DNA of 64,000 nucleotides from Carcharhinus amblyrhynchos (GCA_965287045.1 OZ336899.1:32550001-32614000), one strand, 5' to 3'; numbered from the stretch's first letter, positions 1 to 13,850 are shown. The notes: generated from the sequence alone by a model not told the origin. Numbers and translations are program-made.

Positions 1-94
1 TTGACTCTGCATCCACTGCACTCTGCTGAAAGATCTAATCACATGAAACACAGGGTCCCTCTTTGCCTGTGCACGCTGGGCTATTTAGTCGATG

Positions 95-770
95 TTACCC
101 CTTTCTATCCCTTTTGGAAAAATGAAGCATCTCTCCCACTTGTGTATTAAATTTCATTTGCCACTTGTCTGCCTGTTCTGCTCGATACATTACGTCATGT
201 TCCATTTGACTGTAACATCCTGCAAGTTTGTAATCATTGGCAAATTTTGAAATTTTAGTCAGTATGTTAATATCGAGTGATTCATGGCTATCAAAAAAAG
301 TGCTGGGTCCAATATTGACCATGGGGAAGCTGCTATCCACCATCTTCCAGTCTGAAAAATAACCATTCATTGTTTCTTCTCCTTAAATCATCTTTTTAAT
401 CCAAAGTATCTCAGACTCCTCCTATTCCATGAGCCTCAACTTTGGTAACCAGCCTTTAATGTGGGACTTCAGCAAATGCTTAAAGTCGATATGTTAAATG
501 TCACTTTCATTCCCTTTGTCTATCTTTGCTAATAGTTCGTTAAAGGATTCAGTTAGATTAGTCAGCTGCTGTTTACAATTCCAAGCTGGTTCTACTTAAT
601 TAACTTGAATATCTTCAAGTGTTTGTTAATTATTTGCTTCATTATTGTTTCTAAAACCATATGCAGCATTGGTGTTAAACTGGCTGGCCTGTAGATAGTA
701 GTTACACCAATCCTTGAACAGGGGTGTCACATTTGCCACTTTCTAATCCTCTGGCATCTTTCCTGTGTGC
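95..770 (-). mobile_element. Old CR1 LINE reverse transcriptase (RT) fragment
   Basis: The minus-strand ORF has decayed CR1 motifs (KFANDYKL for KFADDTKL; ADKWQMKFN). Further decayed RT sequence (gtcacatttgccact) continues to ~770. Confidence 0.7.
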
Positions 771-3344
771 TCTGTTTCATTTTTTGCTGAATACACTCTT
801 GAATATAAATGGGGGATATTTGGCATCTGGGACCAGCACATTGCAGTAATCACATTTCTTGCATATGATTTAGTAATATAAACTGGGAATTAAGTTACAT
901 AGAACTGTTTCATTGGCAATGATTAGCTGACTTGTAACAAACTGTTACTGTTAAGGAGAAATTTTATTAGTGCTGGGTAAAGCCTGAGTAATAAAATGTC
1001 TACACAACATCCATAAAATGGCACCCTGACTGACCTAAGACGAATCAGAATGCCTCCAGTCCATCAAATCTATATTTTTGAGCTGTGTAATTTATTTTAT
1101 ATAAATTATTATTGGTTTTCTGCATTTCATTGGAAAATTGTTTTATAAAGTACTTGAAGTAATTGCTTCCATCCTCTCCAACTCTCTGCTCTCTTGAACT
1201 AGCCACTGCACAACCCAGTTTAATTTATGAGCATAAAAGAATTCTGAACTTTTTAGGAATCACTGGTGACCAAGTGAATAAGTATGAGTTAATTAATTCT
1301 TGACCCATGCAGAGGAGCAAGATTCAAGATGTGATCTGTACTCTGTTTAGTGAGTAGTTTACACTTTGCGACTACCCATTGACCACTCATGTCTATGGGT
1401 CTTAGGCAAAGCTGGGATCACTTGTATTCATGGTGTCTCCACTCATTAGAAGCTGGCCACTTGAATAAGGCATGTGATGGCTGCCAATCATCCTGAAATT
1501 GATGAGCATGTATCAGTCCTTTCAAGTGTGGAGCAGAAGTTGATGAGGAAAGGAACACTTTAAACTGATAGCTTAAACAATCTCAGCTTTATACTTCAAC
1601 GTAGTTTTAATGCTGCTTTTCGAGAGCTATTGAAAGAATGTGTCATAGTGAAAAATGTGTTTGAGCATTTGGCCTGAGGAAGAAGTAATGCAGATCACAT
1701 ACAGCATAGAGGCTTCAGATTTTCAGCATAAACAGTATTTTGCTTTTATGTTACAAAAATGAGACTGGTACACAAGAATACATACAGGCACATTGTCAGT
1801 AATTGCTCTGGAGCCTTTGGGAATCAGGCTGTGTTTGTACGTTCGAGTCAGTATAAGTTGAATCTATAATTCATGTTCAACAAAGTACAATGATGAATAA
1901 TTAACTTAGCAAATATGCATAGGCTGTAAAGGATCAGTGGTTTGTCAAACCCAGTAAATTTTCCCAATGTGATGCATACAATGGGCAAAGAATTTCTATG
2001 ACTAGCATTTGGATTTTTAGGGGAAAGAATTCTGAAGAACAGATACAGCTAGCTTATGAGATAACTTCCCATACAATCAAGAATTTCATATGATTTCCAA
2101 TTCATTTAAATAGAAGTTTGTTACAGAAATGTACAAGCAATCCAAATTTTAAATGCAAAGCATAGACTTGACAGTATGCTTTTCCGTACTTCGTGTTTTC
2201 TTCCTGCAGTAAAGATAGTAGAATATTTGACACGCTCATACTTAAGTGAGAACAAATACATGTCCAACTGCACTTTCGACTTAGCTCCTTGACTTCCTGT
2301 CTCTACGACAAACTTTCATTTTTGATTAAAAGCTCCAGTGGTTGCATTGTGACAAGAGACTTTGAATTACAAGAATATTGTTCTTAGCTGTATCAATAAG
2401 ATTCAAAGTCACCATCTTGGGAGGGAGGAAAGCAGAGAGGCACTTTACTCTGAGTTCGTCTTGCACCTGTTAGATGCCAATTCCAGATCACCGTTAGTGG
2501 ATGTTTGGAACCAAATCTTTGTCAAATATGGCATATTCTGAAGAGATAATGTATTAAAAAGTAAGGAATTATCTTTCGGAAGTTTTTTAAATTAGTACTT
2601 GATGGTTTCTTAACAGAGTACTGTTCCATGCATGTCCTCTGACTCAACCGAGTGGTTATTCTTTAAGTGTGATTATAAGTTAATGTAGAATTCCATTGTA
2701 TGAGCAATAAAAATCTCAATCCTGTGTAAAAATTTCCTCAGTTTAGGTGAAGTGGCTCAGCTGCACAACTACCTCTGCCTCAGTTCCCCTCCCAATTTTT
2801 GGTCCAATACTGTCACAATTCACATAAGTTATTAGAAGGCTGCAAGCATCAAAAGAATCCTATTTTCAGTATGTGACCAAACTTGGGTGGGAGAAATAGT
2901 TAGTACTTTATTCAGTTAAAGTAGCATTTGAGTAATTTATTTTACTTCAGATGATTTCTACAATTTGTCTTATTTGTGATGTAATATTGAGACATGAAGA
3001 GGAACTTGGTGAAATTACAATCACTAGGGATGTGGTCCTGAGCAAGCTTGTAGGCTGACAAGTCTCTATGTTCTGATAGACTTCATCATTGGTTCTTAAA
3101 AAGGTGCTGAACAAGGTAGGAGATGCATTGATAATTTTCCTAAATTCTGGAAGCATTTCATCAGACTGGAAAGTAACAAATATCAAAGAAGGCAGGGAGG
3201 CAGTAAACAGGAAACTAAACGTCTGCCGTGGGAAGGTGTTGGAATTGTTCATTGAAGTGGTTATAATTGGATACTTGTAAAACCTCAAGATAATTAAGGA
3301 GAGTCAGCATGGTTTTGTGAAAGGGAAATCATATTTAACCACTA

Positions 3345-4070
3345 TTCAGTTAATGGTAGGGCATTGGGGAGAGTTATAGAACAAAGAGATCTAGGGGTAC
3401 ATGCTCATAGCTCGTTGAAAGTGAAGTCACAGGTGGACATAGTGGTGTAGAAGGCGTTTGTAATGCTTGGTTTCATTGGTCAGAACATCAAATGCGGGAA
3501 TTGGGATGACTTGTTGAAGTTGTAAAAGTATTTTGTGTGCCACACTTGGAATACTGTGTACAGTTCTGGTCATCCTATCATTGAAAGGATATTATTAAAC
3601 TAGAAAGAGAGGAGAAAAGATTTACTAGGATGTCACCAGGACTTGATGGTTTGAGTTGTAAGGAGAGGTAGGATAGACTGGGACTTTTGTCTCTGGAGTG
3701 TAGAATGCTGTGATCTTCCAGAGGTTTATAAAATTATGAGGGGCGTAGATCAGCTAGATAGTCAGTATCTTTTCCCAAAGGTAGCGGAGTCTAAAACTAG
3801 AGGGCATAGGTTTAAAGTGAGGGGGGAGGGATATAAAAGGGTCCAGAGGGATGTTTTTTCACAGAGGGTGGTGAATGTCTGGAACAAACTGCCAGAAGTA
3901 GTAGTAGAGACGGGTACAACTTTGTTTTTTAAAAAGCATTCAGACAGTTGCATGTGTAAGATGGCTACCAAGAGATATGGGCCAAGCATGGGCAATCGGG
4001 ACTAGCTTCGTTGCTTTAAAAAAAGGCAGCATGGACAAGTTGGGCTCAAGGGCCTGTTTTCATGCTGTAA
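3345..4070 (+). mobile_element. CR1 LINE 3' fragment (second family)
   Basis: LEYCVQFW, SKTRGHRFKV and FSQRVVNVWNKLP motifs; tail gggcctgttttcatgctgt. Confidence 0.8.
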
Positions 4071-4184
4071 TGTTCTGCGGATAAAGGAGAACCGATAGAT
4101 GTACAGTACTTGGATTTCCAGAAGGCATTTCGTAAGTTGCAGCATCAAAGGTTATTGCGGAAAATAACAGTGCATGGCATAAGG

Positions 4185-4711
4185 ATAGCATAGAACACTA
4201 CAGCACAAACAGGCCCTTCGGCCCACAAGTTGTGCCGATCATATCCATACCTACCAGGCCATAGAACTATTTGTAACTCCCAATCTCATTAAATCTCATG
4301 TACTCATCCAGAAGTCTTTTAAAAGACCCCAGCGAGTTCGCCTCTACCACCACTGACGGCAGCCGATTCCACTCACTCACCACCGTCTGAGTGAAAAACT
4401 TACCCCTAACATCTCCTCTGTACTTGCTTCCCAGCACCTTAAACCTGTGTCCTCTCGTAGTGACCATTTCAGCCCTGGGAAATAGCCTCCGAGAATCCAC
4501 CCTATCTGTTCCCCTCAACATTTTATAAACCTCTATCAGGTCACCTCTCAACCTTCGTCTCTCCAGGGAGAAGAGACCTAGCTCCCTCAACCTATCTCCA
4601 TGAGGCATGCCTCCCAATCCAGGCAACATCCTTGTAAATCTCCTCTGCACCCTCTCAATAGCTTCCACATCCTTCCTGTCCCTCTCAATGGCTTCCACAT
4701 CCTTCCTATCC
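4185..4711 (-). mobile_element. Young 5'-truncated CR1 LINE (tail TAGAACA-type)
   Basis: Open ORF 4267-4830 with VQRRFTRMLPGL, LFSLERRRLRGDLIEVYKML and TRGHRFKV. Same family as 61626-61880. Confidence 0.9.
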
Positions 4712-5175
4712 ATATTAGCTTGTATAGAATCTTGGCTGGTTGGCTGGCAGAAAACAGAGTATGCATAAATGTGTTTTTGACTGATGTGGAGTCCCACAGG
4801 GATCTGTGCTGGGGCCTCAACTTTTTCCAATTTACATCAAAGACTTAGATTAGGGGAGCAAAGGCATGGTGACTAAATTTGCACATGATACAAAGATGGG
4901 TAGATAGGTATTTTTTTGAAGAAGACATAAGGAATTTGCAGTTGGATATAGATAGGATGAATAAGTGGGCAAAAATTGGCGAATGGCGTATAGTGTGGGC
5001 AGAAAGAATAAAACAAAAGTATCAGTTACATGGAGAATGACTAGAACTCCAAGGTGCGGAGGGATTTAGATATTCTAGTACGAGTCATAAAAAGGTAGAA
5101 TGTCGATGTAGTATGTAATCAAGAAGACTAATGGAGTCCTTCCCTTTATTAAGAGAGGAGTTAAACGCAAAAGTA

Positions 5176-5665
5176 AGCAAAATACTGAAATGTGAAAGAA
5201 GAGGAAATGCTGGAAAAACTCAACAGATCTGACAGCATCTGTAGGGAGGGGAAACAGAGAGTCCACCTTGGTCTATATCAGAACTAAAGAGAGGGGGAAA
5301 TATGTTGGATATTAAAGTGTACTCGGGAGAGATTGCAACAAGATGCAGCAACTGTGACATGAGAGATGGCCTTGGTGGGGGGGGGGGGGGGGGGGGGGAG
5401 GTGCGGGGATGCGGTTATTGTATTGATCCCATAAATGTATCAGATATTTAAACACAAGCTTAAGATAGAGGCGAAAGGTCACAGACTAAAGTTGAACTCA
5501 GTGTTGAGTCCTGAGAGCTGTAATGTGCCTAATCAGAAGATGAGATGCTGCTCCGCCACCTTGCATGAGCTTCACTGGAGCACTTCAGCGTGCCAAGTGG
5601 GAATGAGAGCTCATTCAAAATAGCAAGCAACTGCAAGGTTGGGGGTTCATGTTTGCTGAATGAGT
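5176..5665 (-). mobile_element. Penelope-like element remnant: GIY-YIG endonuclease C-terminus plus pseudo-LTR
   Basis: The reverse complement of ~5486-5588 reads LKCSSEAH/RKVAEQHLIF*LGTLQLSGLNTEFNF, the typical PLE GIY-YIG C-terminal EQHLIFRLGTLxPxGLN motif. The segment 5180-5285 matches the pseudo-LTR arm at 14712-14810. Confidence 0.75.
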
Positions 5666-5670
5666 AAAGA

Positions 5671-5970
5671 TTAAGTTCATTTATTAGTGTCGCAAGTAGG
5701 CTTACATTAACATTGCAAAGAAGTTACTGCAAAAATCGTTTAGTTGTCACACTCTGGCACCTGTTCAGGAAAGCTGAGGGAGAGTTTAGCATGGCCAATG
5801 CATCTTAACCAGCACATCTTTTGAACTGTGGGCAGAAACTGGAGCACCCGGAGGAAACCCACGCAGACACGGGGAGAATGTGTAGACTCCTTACAGACAG
5901 TGACCCAAGCCAGGAATCAAACCCGAGTTCCTGGTGCTGTGAAGCAGCAGGTATAACCACGGTGCTGCCC
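5671..5970 (-). mobile_element. tRNA-derived V-SINE (HE1-like), tail type B
   Basis: V-domain (ggagcacccggaggaaacccacgcagacac) plus tail tttattagtgtc..aagtaggcttacattaac. Confidence 0.85.
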
Positions 5971-7347
5971 TCTTTTTGGCAAAGTGGTCACCTAGTCTGT
6001 GTTTAGTCTCCCCAGTGTCGAGGAGACATCTAGGCTGTTATGCTTCATTTATACAAGGCATGAGTGAGACCACATCTCAAATACCGTGCAGTTTTGGCCT
6101 CCATATTGAAGAAAAATGTGATGCATTGGCGGTTGTTCTGCAGTTCACTCGATTGACAGCTGGAATGAATGGTTGCTTTACAAGGAAAGTTTGGACTAAC
6201 TGGGCTTGTTCCCATTGGAGTTTGGAAGAGTGAGAAGTGACTTGATTGAAGCATGTAAGATCCTGAATGGCCTTTTATCTCTTATGGATGAGTCCAGAAC
6301 TAGGGACACTGTTTTAAAATTAGGGAAGTCCCTTATAGGATAGATAGGAGGCAAAATCTTTTGAGTTGTGAGACTTTGGAACATTGCCATAGAGGGTGTT
6401 GAAATATTGAATATTTTTAAGGAAGCAACAGATGCTTGTTAAACAAGGCAATCGGGGGTAGATGTGAGCATGAAATTTGAAGCACAGGCAGGTTGCCCGT
6501 GATCGTATTCAGTGATGGAATAGACTCAAGTGGTCAAATGGCTTACTTCTGCTTCTATTTCATGTTCGTTTGTTACAGTATATCTGCAAAATCAGCCCCA
6601 ATTTGACATCACTTTTGCACAATGACACATTTTCAAGAGCTGTTTATATAACCAGTAGTGATGGAGAACATAGTGCAAAGATTCACTGGGAAATCCAAGT
6701 CTGAAGTAAGGGGGCTATTTGTAAATATACTGCACTTCAGACGAGTAAGAATTGAAAGGTTTGTTTTTATTAGTTCAGTTTGAGTTTTATATTGAATGTA
6801 TGTAGTGCACAATCTTAGCTTTATGGACTCAATATTTCTTGACTCAATATACTTGTATACTTACGAGTTCCCACTCTTTCACAGATTTATTTGAGGTCAT
6901 ATGTTGAACAAAGTAAAACTTAGTCAGTTTGTTCCAGGTGAAACTAGTTATTTTTACTGCTGCTCAGAGTAAATGATATAACAATGTAGGATGCCAAGTG
7001 AAATTAAAACTGACCCATATTCAAAATGGTATTTATAGTCCACTGTGATGATTTATCCCACCTGTATTGATTTACAAAGTTAGATTGGCCATTAATCAAT
7101 CTGCTTCATATGAACAATATAACTCAGTCCTGTTTTCATGTTGGTGCCAATTCAGACACACCCCATGAGTTTGAACTTCAAAGGCAAATTAACCAACCGC
7201 CAAATCTTACAGTTCCTGAGCATTACTGTAATTTGACAGTTACCTGATGTGCTTTTGTTGTAATGGACTCTTTTCAAGAAAATAAATTAAATAAATACTT
7301 ATTTTGGTACAGCTGCCCTCCTGCGAGCATCCACCATCAACTGACAA

Positions 7348-9009
7348 CGGATATTAAAGATAGAAGGATGGTAGGAATTGAGGGCCTGAATGCGATTACT
7401 GTCACTAGAGAGGTAGTGCTCGCTAGACTAACGGGACTGATGGTGGACGAGTCCCCAGGACTGGATGGAATGCATCCCAGGGTTCTGAAGGAAATGACAG
7501 AGGTGATAGTGGATGCCTTAGTGATTATTTACCAAAATTCACTGGATTCCGGGGAAGCGCCAGAAGATTGGAAAACGGTTAATGTTACGCCACTGTTTAA
7601 AAAAGGTAGCAGACAAAAGGCAGGGAATTATAGGCCGGTTAGTTTAACGTCTATAGTTGGAAAAATGCTTGAATCCGTCGTCAAAGAAGAAATAGCGAGG
7701 CACCTAGAAAGGAATGGTTTGATAGAGCAGACACAGCACGGATTTGTTAAAGGAAGTCGTGTTTAACGAATTTATTGGATTTCTATGAGGATGTGACTAG
7801 TGTGGTAGACAGAGGGGAACCAGTGAATGTGGTGTTTCTAGATTTTCAAAAGGCGTTTGATAAGGTGCCTCACAAAAGGTTGCTACAGAAGGTTAGGGTG
7901 CACCGAGTTGGGGGTAAGGTGTTAGCGTAGATAGAGGATTGGCTGTCTAATAGGAAGCAGAGAGTCGGTATCAATGGGTGCTATTCTGATTGGTGGTTGG
8001 TGACTAGAGGAGTGCTGCAGGGATCGGTGCTGGGGCCTCAGCTATTTACCATTTATATAGATGATCTGGAGGAGGGGGCTGAGTGTAGGGTGACAATTTG
8101 CTGATGACACGAAGATGACTGGAAAAGCAAATTACGCGGAGGGTGTGGAAAGTCTGCAGAGGGATCTGGATAGGCTGAGCAAGTGGGCGAGGACCTGGCA
8201 GATGGAGTGTAATGTTAGCGACTGTGAGGTTATCTACTTTGGCAGAAATAATAATAGGAGGGATTACTATTTAAAGGGCGAAAAGCTGCAGCATGCTATG
8301 GTGCCAAGGGACCTGGGGGTTCTTGTGCATGAGTCGCAAAAACCCAGCCTGCAGGTGCAGCAGGTGATCAAGAAGACGAGTGGAATGCTGGCCTTTATAG
8401 CGAGGGTGATAGAATATAAAAGAAGGGAGGTCTTGCTGCAACTGCACAGGGCACTGGTGAGGCCGCAGCTAGAGTACTGTGTGCAGTTTTGGTCGCCACA
8501 CTTGCGCAAGGATATTTTGGCCTTGGAGGGAGTGCAGAGGAGGTTCACTAGGCTGATACCGGAGATGAGGGGGTTGGACTGTGAAGAGAGACTAAATGGG
8601 TCTGTACTCATTGGAGTTTAGAAGGATGAGGGGGGATATTATAGAGACGTATAAGATAATGGATAGGGTAGAGGTAGAGAGATTCTTCCCGCTTAGAAAG
8701 GATAGCAGGACTAGAGGGCACAGCCTCAAGATAAGGAGGGGGAGAGTTTAGTTCGGAGTTGAGGAGGAACTTCTTCACTCAAAGGGTGGTGAATCTCTGG
8801 AATTCTCTGCCCGTTGAAGTGGTGGAGGCTACCTCGCTAATTATATTTAAGTCACGGGTAGATAGGTTTTTGACAGACAAGGGAATTAAGAGTTATGGGG
8901 AGAAAGCAGGAAAGTGGAACTGACCCACTTCAGATCAGCCATGAACTTATTGAATGGCAGGGTAGGCTCGAAGGGCTAGGTGGCCTACTCCTGCTCCTAT
9001 TTCTTCTTA
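7348..9009 (+). mobile_element. Young ~1.66-kb 5'-truncated CR1 LINE covering the RT domain and 3' UTR
   Basis: [68 protein letters not shown]; only a few stops or frameshifts. Possible 6-bp TSD TGACAA at 7342-7347 and 9010-9015. Confidence 0.95.
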
Positions 9010-9359
9010 TGACAATGCTGAACTAAACTGTCACTGATTAATACGTGTACTTGCATTGTGGCTATGTATCCCAGCATAGCTATGGCATCTCTTTCACTAA
9101 GAGCATAGCAATAGGAGTGTAACGACTTTAATCAAGCAGTTGCAGTTAGCCTGTTTGAATATGAACTCCATGATTAAGGACCAAATTGATACTCCAATCA
9201 GGGAGCCCCATGCTCTACAGTTGAACAGGCGTGTCGGTTCCTCTGGCACTCCGGATGTAGACTGCTCACTGACAGCATTCTGTATTGTGTTGTTGGATCT
9301 TGTAAATTAAGGAATTTTGGTGAACGGACTTCAGTCTACAAGGACTTATTACAAGGAGG

Positions 9360-9930
9360 AGGCAGTTTGTCCATTGAGCCTTGCTTCCCAATTCAGTAGG
9401 ACCATGGGCTGATGTGATTGCAGCTTTAACTCCACTGCATTTGCCACTCAGCCTTGATTCCTTCATTGATCAAAAACCTGTCTAATTTGGCCTTAAAAAT
9501 GGTCAATAACCCAGTGTCCATTTCTGAGGTAGAGAATCCCAAAGATTAACAGACTCTGTAGGAAGAAATTCCTCCTTATCAAGTTCTTAAATGGGAGAAC
9601 CCTTACGTTGCAACTATGCCCCCAGTTCTAGATTCACCCACGAAGGGAAGCATCCTCTCAGCATCTAACCTGTCAAGCCACCGTAGAATCTTACGCTTCA
9701 ATAAGATCACCTTTCATTTTTCTAAACTCTAAGGGGCATATGCCCAACGTGTTCAACCTTTTTCATATGACAAGCCCTTCACCCAGGAAATAAAATGGTG
9801 AGCCTTCTCTGAACAGCCTGCAATGCAATTATGTCCCTCCTTAAATGAGGAGGCAAAATCTGAACACATTACTCTACTATGGGCTTACCAATGTCCTGTA
9901 CGGTTGTACTTTTATACTCTATCCAGTCTG
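9360..9930 (-). mobile_element. Older CR1 LINE 3' fragment
   Basis: Reverse-complement similarity to the CR1 3' end (tatgccccagttctaga, aataagatcacctttc). Confidence 0.7.
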
Positions 9931-11029
9931 CAATGAATGTTCCTTAAGAACTCATTCTAGCTTCCTTTCATTGCAAGTATAAATAAGATGTACTGATGAA
10001 TAATAATATGCAATATTAAGTCCTTTTGAAAATCATTATAAAATTGCAAAAGTAGGTATTAGAGTTTGAGGAGAATGTTTTCTAAGCTCCTGCGAAAACA
10101 ACTTGCCACTGAGTTTTTAATATGTTTGCTGGATTTATAATTTCAAATATTTTGAAACTCAACTCACCCCAAGTCACTTATTTTAAACTTCAGTAAGAGG
10201 TCATCAACTGAAACGAGGGGAAAATGTACATTTAAGCATGGACAACTAAACATATAAACTAAACATGTAAACTCATGTTTTTAATCCCCACCCACATTAA
10301 AATCTGGAGCAGAGAAAATAGAATCTATCTCTTCATTCTATGGCATTGCAAAGAAGAATTTGCATGTTATCATGATGTAATTTTCATGTTAAGTAGTAAA
10401 CTTGTAGAGTGGATCACCTGTCTGTTATAGAACCCACTCCATGTAATATGAAAATCACTTGGGTTCTGTCAAAGGCAGGAAGTCCATTCCTCCAGCTGAC
10501 TGCCCAAATGACAGTGGAGGAAATTGCCGCCTGTGGTCTCAAACTTTTATCAATGGATCACTTTATTATTCTGTCTTTCATTACTCTTATATAGCCCCCT
10601 CCATTTCCTCTGGGTAGCAATATTGGGGATCTTTAAATTCCACCTGCAGATAATGTTTTAACATCCTGTGTTTTTTAATTTGTTCAGCGACAAGAACTTA
10701 TAGCCCTTTTAGCATGATGTGAAATGTTCAAAGGCGGTTCCCAGGAATTATAAGTGTATGATGTTGAGACACAGAAGGAGGTAGCCAAAAGGTTGCGTAA
10801 AGAGGTAGGAATTTAGTGTGTTAAAAGGAGAAAAGTGGAAAGGTGCAGAGCAGGCTGGAGGCAGCTGCAGGTATGGCTCCCAATGCAACAATTATAATTG
10901 GGAATTCTGAAGAGACCAGAATTAGAGAAGCGTAAATAAATTTGTGTGTGTGCATCTGGAGGAGGTAACAAAGAGGGATGGGCAAAACCACGAAGGGATT
11001 TGAAAACAAGGATAAAAATGGAATGGATG

Positions 11030-13850
11030 AGTTTGTTACTGGCAAGGCTAGCACTTGTTCCTCATCCCTAATTGCCCTTAGGTGGTGGTGAACTGCCATC
11101 TTGAGCCACTGCAGCTCATTTAGCATATGCACAGTGGTGTAATGAAATGAATGACATGAAACTTTGTCAGTATTTGTTCAAAGTCAGGATCTTGTGTGGT
11201 TCAGAGCAGAACTTGCAGAGGTGCTGTTCCAATGCAGCTGCTTCCCTCGTCCTTGACTTTGGAAGATGCAACCAGTTGACACTTGACGAGTTGCTGCAGT
11301 GAGTCTTGCTAATTATCCACACTGTTGCCACTTTATGCTGGTGGTGCAAGGAGTGAATGAAAGTGGTGGGAGGATGCGGTACCAATAAATGGGCTGCATT
11401 GTCCTGAGTTGTTTTGAGTGTTTTTGAGTCCACATGCATCAAGGCAAATGGAGTGTATTCAAATACATTCCTGACTTGTGCCTTGTAGGTAATGGTAGGA
11501 GTTAGGAAGTGAGTCCCATACTGCAGAATTGCTAGTTCTAACATTCTCTTGCAGCCATCATATGTATATTATGGATCAAACTAAGTATATGGTCAGTGGT
11601 GGTAACCCATCCCAGGAAGTTATGGTGAATAATTCAGCATTGATAATTTCAATGAATGCCAGGGTTAGCAGCTCTCTTGTTAGAGATAGTCTTTATATGA
11701 CCCTTGTCTAGTGAGAATGTCACTTGCTTGCTTAATGAGTCCAAAAATGAATATTAGCTAGGTCTTGCTGTTTGTGGGCAGGGACTAAAGTATTTATCAA
11801 GTTATGATGCTACTGAACACTTTGAAATTAGCGAGATGGAAGGTCATTGATGATACAGATGAAGATGGTTGAGCCTAGGACACTTCCCTGAGCAACTTCT
11901 GCAGTGATGTCCTGGCCTCCAACAACCATAACTATCTTCTTTAATTTTTTTCATTCATTTTGAGATGTGGGCATCGCTGGCTAGGCCAGCATTTATCATC
12001 ACCCCTAGTTGCCCTTGAGAAGGTGGTGATGAGCTGCATTCTCGAACTGCTGCAGCCCCTGTGATGTAGGTATGCTGTGCTGTTAGAGAGGAATTGCCAG
12101 GATTTGACAGCCACAGAGAAGGAACAGCAATATATAAATCCAAGTCAAACTGAGCGTCAGTGCACAGGTGATTGCAAAGCAAGTACTGCTTGATGGCACT
12201 GTTGATGACTCCTTCCACCTATGATCGACAGTAGACTGAAGGGGCGAGAATTGGCCGGGTTGGATTTGTCTTGTTTCTTATGTACAGGATGTACCTGGGC
12301 AACTGCCTGGATAGATGCCAGTGTTGTAGCTGTTCTGAAACAGCTTGACTTGGGGTGTGACAAGTTCTGGAGCACAGACTTCAGTACTGTTGCTGGAATA
12401 TTGTCAAAATTCAGAGCCTTTGCAGTATCACAAGCCTTCAACCGTTTCCCGATTTTAAGTTGAGTAAATCAAGTTGGCTAAAGATGGACAGCTATGATGC
12501 CAGGGACCTCGGGAAGAGGCCAAGATGGATCATGCAGTCAGCATTTCTTGCTGAAGGTTGTTGTGAATGCTTCAACCATATCTTTTGCACTGATGTGCTG
12601 GGATGTCCCATCTACTGGAGGAGGAGGCCTCAAATATCCCCATTCTCAGAGTTGTTTAATTGTCCACGACCATTCGTGACTAGGTGTGGCAGGACTTAGA
12701 TCCGATCTGTTGGTTGTGGAATTGCTTAACTTTGTCCAGTACTTGCTGCTTATGATGTTTGGTACACAAGTAGTTGTGTTGTAGCTTCACCGGGTTAACA
12801 GTTCATTTTTAGGTGTGCTTCCCCTCCTGCACTCTTCATTGAACTAGGCTTGTGGTAATGGTGGGGGATAGAGAGTCATACAACAATACAGCATCGAAAC
12901 AGTCTTTTGACCCAACCTGTAGATGCCAACCATGGCTCCCTCCCAGCTAGTCCCAATTGCCCTCGCTTGGCCCATATCCCTGTAATCCTTTCCCATCCAT
13001 GTACTTATCCAATGCCGAGCCACGAGATTGTAGATTGTGGTTGAGTACAATTTTGCTGCTGCCGATAATCACAGCATCTCACAGGTGCCAAGTTGCTAGA
13101 TTTGTTCGAAGTTTATCCTATTTACAACAGTGGTAGTGACACACAACACAGTGGAAGGTTTCCTTAATGTGAGTGTGGAATTTTATTTCCACAAGGACTG
13201 TGCAGTAGTCACTATCATGAACAGATGCATCTCCGGCAAGTTGGTGAGGATGAAGGCAAGTATGTTTTTCCCTCTTGGTTCCTTCAGCATCTGCCGTGGA
13301 CTTAGTCTAGCAATTATGTACTTAAGGAACCTGGACAGCTCAGTCTGGTGAAAACATTCTTGGTGATAGACATTGAAGTCCGCCCACCAGAGTACGTTGT
13401 GTCCTTGTCACCCTTGGTGATTCCTCTAACTAGTGTCCAACATGGCAGAGTACTGATTCATCAGCTGAGGGGGATGGTACATGGTAATCAGCAAGGGGCT
13501 TCCTTGTCCATGTTTGACCTGGTGCTATCGAGATGTCCAGAGTCAATGTTGAGCACTCCCAGGGGGAGCTCTCTCCCATTTGGATACCACTGTGCTGCCT
13601 CCTCTGCTGGATCTGCCGGTGGGGCAACACATACTCATGGATGATGATTGTGGTGTCTGGGACATTTTCTGTAATTTGGATTCCAAAAAAGACTTTTGCT
13701 TGAATAGTTTGTGAGACAGCTCTCCCAATTTTGCCACATACCCCCTAGAAGTTAGTACAAAAGACTGCAGGACGTTGATGAACAAGTGCTGGCTGGTAGC
13801 ACTGTCAGTGATGCTTTCCGTTACTTTGCTAACTGAGTGCACTAGTAGGA
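11030..13850 (-). mobile_element. Decayed, near full-length CR1-group (L2/Crack-like) LINE with AAGGGCAATTAGGGATG tail; extra tail fragment nested at ~11950-12150
   Basis: Minus-strand ORFs: YKAQVRNVFEY, DNIPATVLK, VHPVHKKQDKSNPANSRPFSLLSII, and the endonuclease start (GELSHKL...RGGSTVV). Tail ctcatccctaattgccctt at ~11060. Confidence 0.75.

Larger units (their letters stand above)
2990..6570 (+). mobile_element. Fragmented host CR1 LINE (pieces ~2990-3345, 4075-4185, 4712-5175, 6005-6570) split by four nested insertions
   Basis: The pieces are collinear: DWKVTN/QHGFVKGKS, then YLDFQKAF, VPQGSVLGP, KFAHDTK, then the 3' end with CR1 tail (caaatggcttacttctgc). Confidence 0.75.

Noticed and set aside
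5376-5398. Poly-G/poly-C runs (also ~23910-23923 and ~63324-63346) as functional G-quadruplexes
   Set aside because: They are homopolymer expansions inside repeat remnants with unreliable length, and nothing supports function.
9057-9351. Possible solo LTR (TG...CA ends, CCAAT, AATAAA-like signal); similar hints at 22660-22850, 37455-38970 and 59040-59290
   Set aside because: No TSD, paired LTR or primer-binding site could be confirmed, so these are too weak to call.
10185-10220. Hammerhead-like fragment (gaggtcatcaactgaaacg)
   Set aside because: The CUGANGA core is absent and there is no flanking pseudo-LTR context, so it is too degenerate to support.
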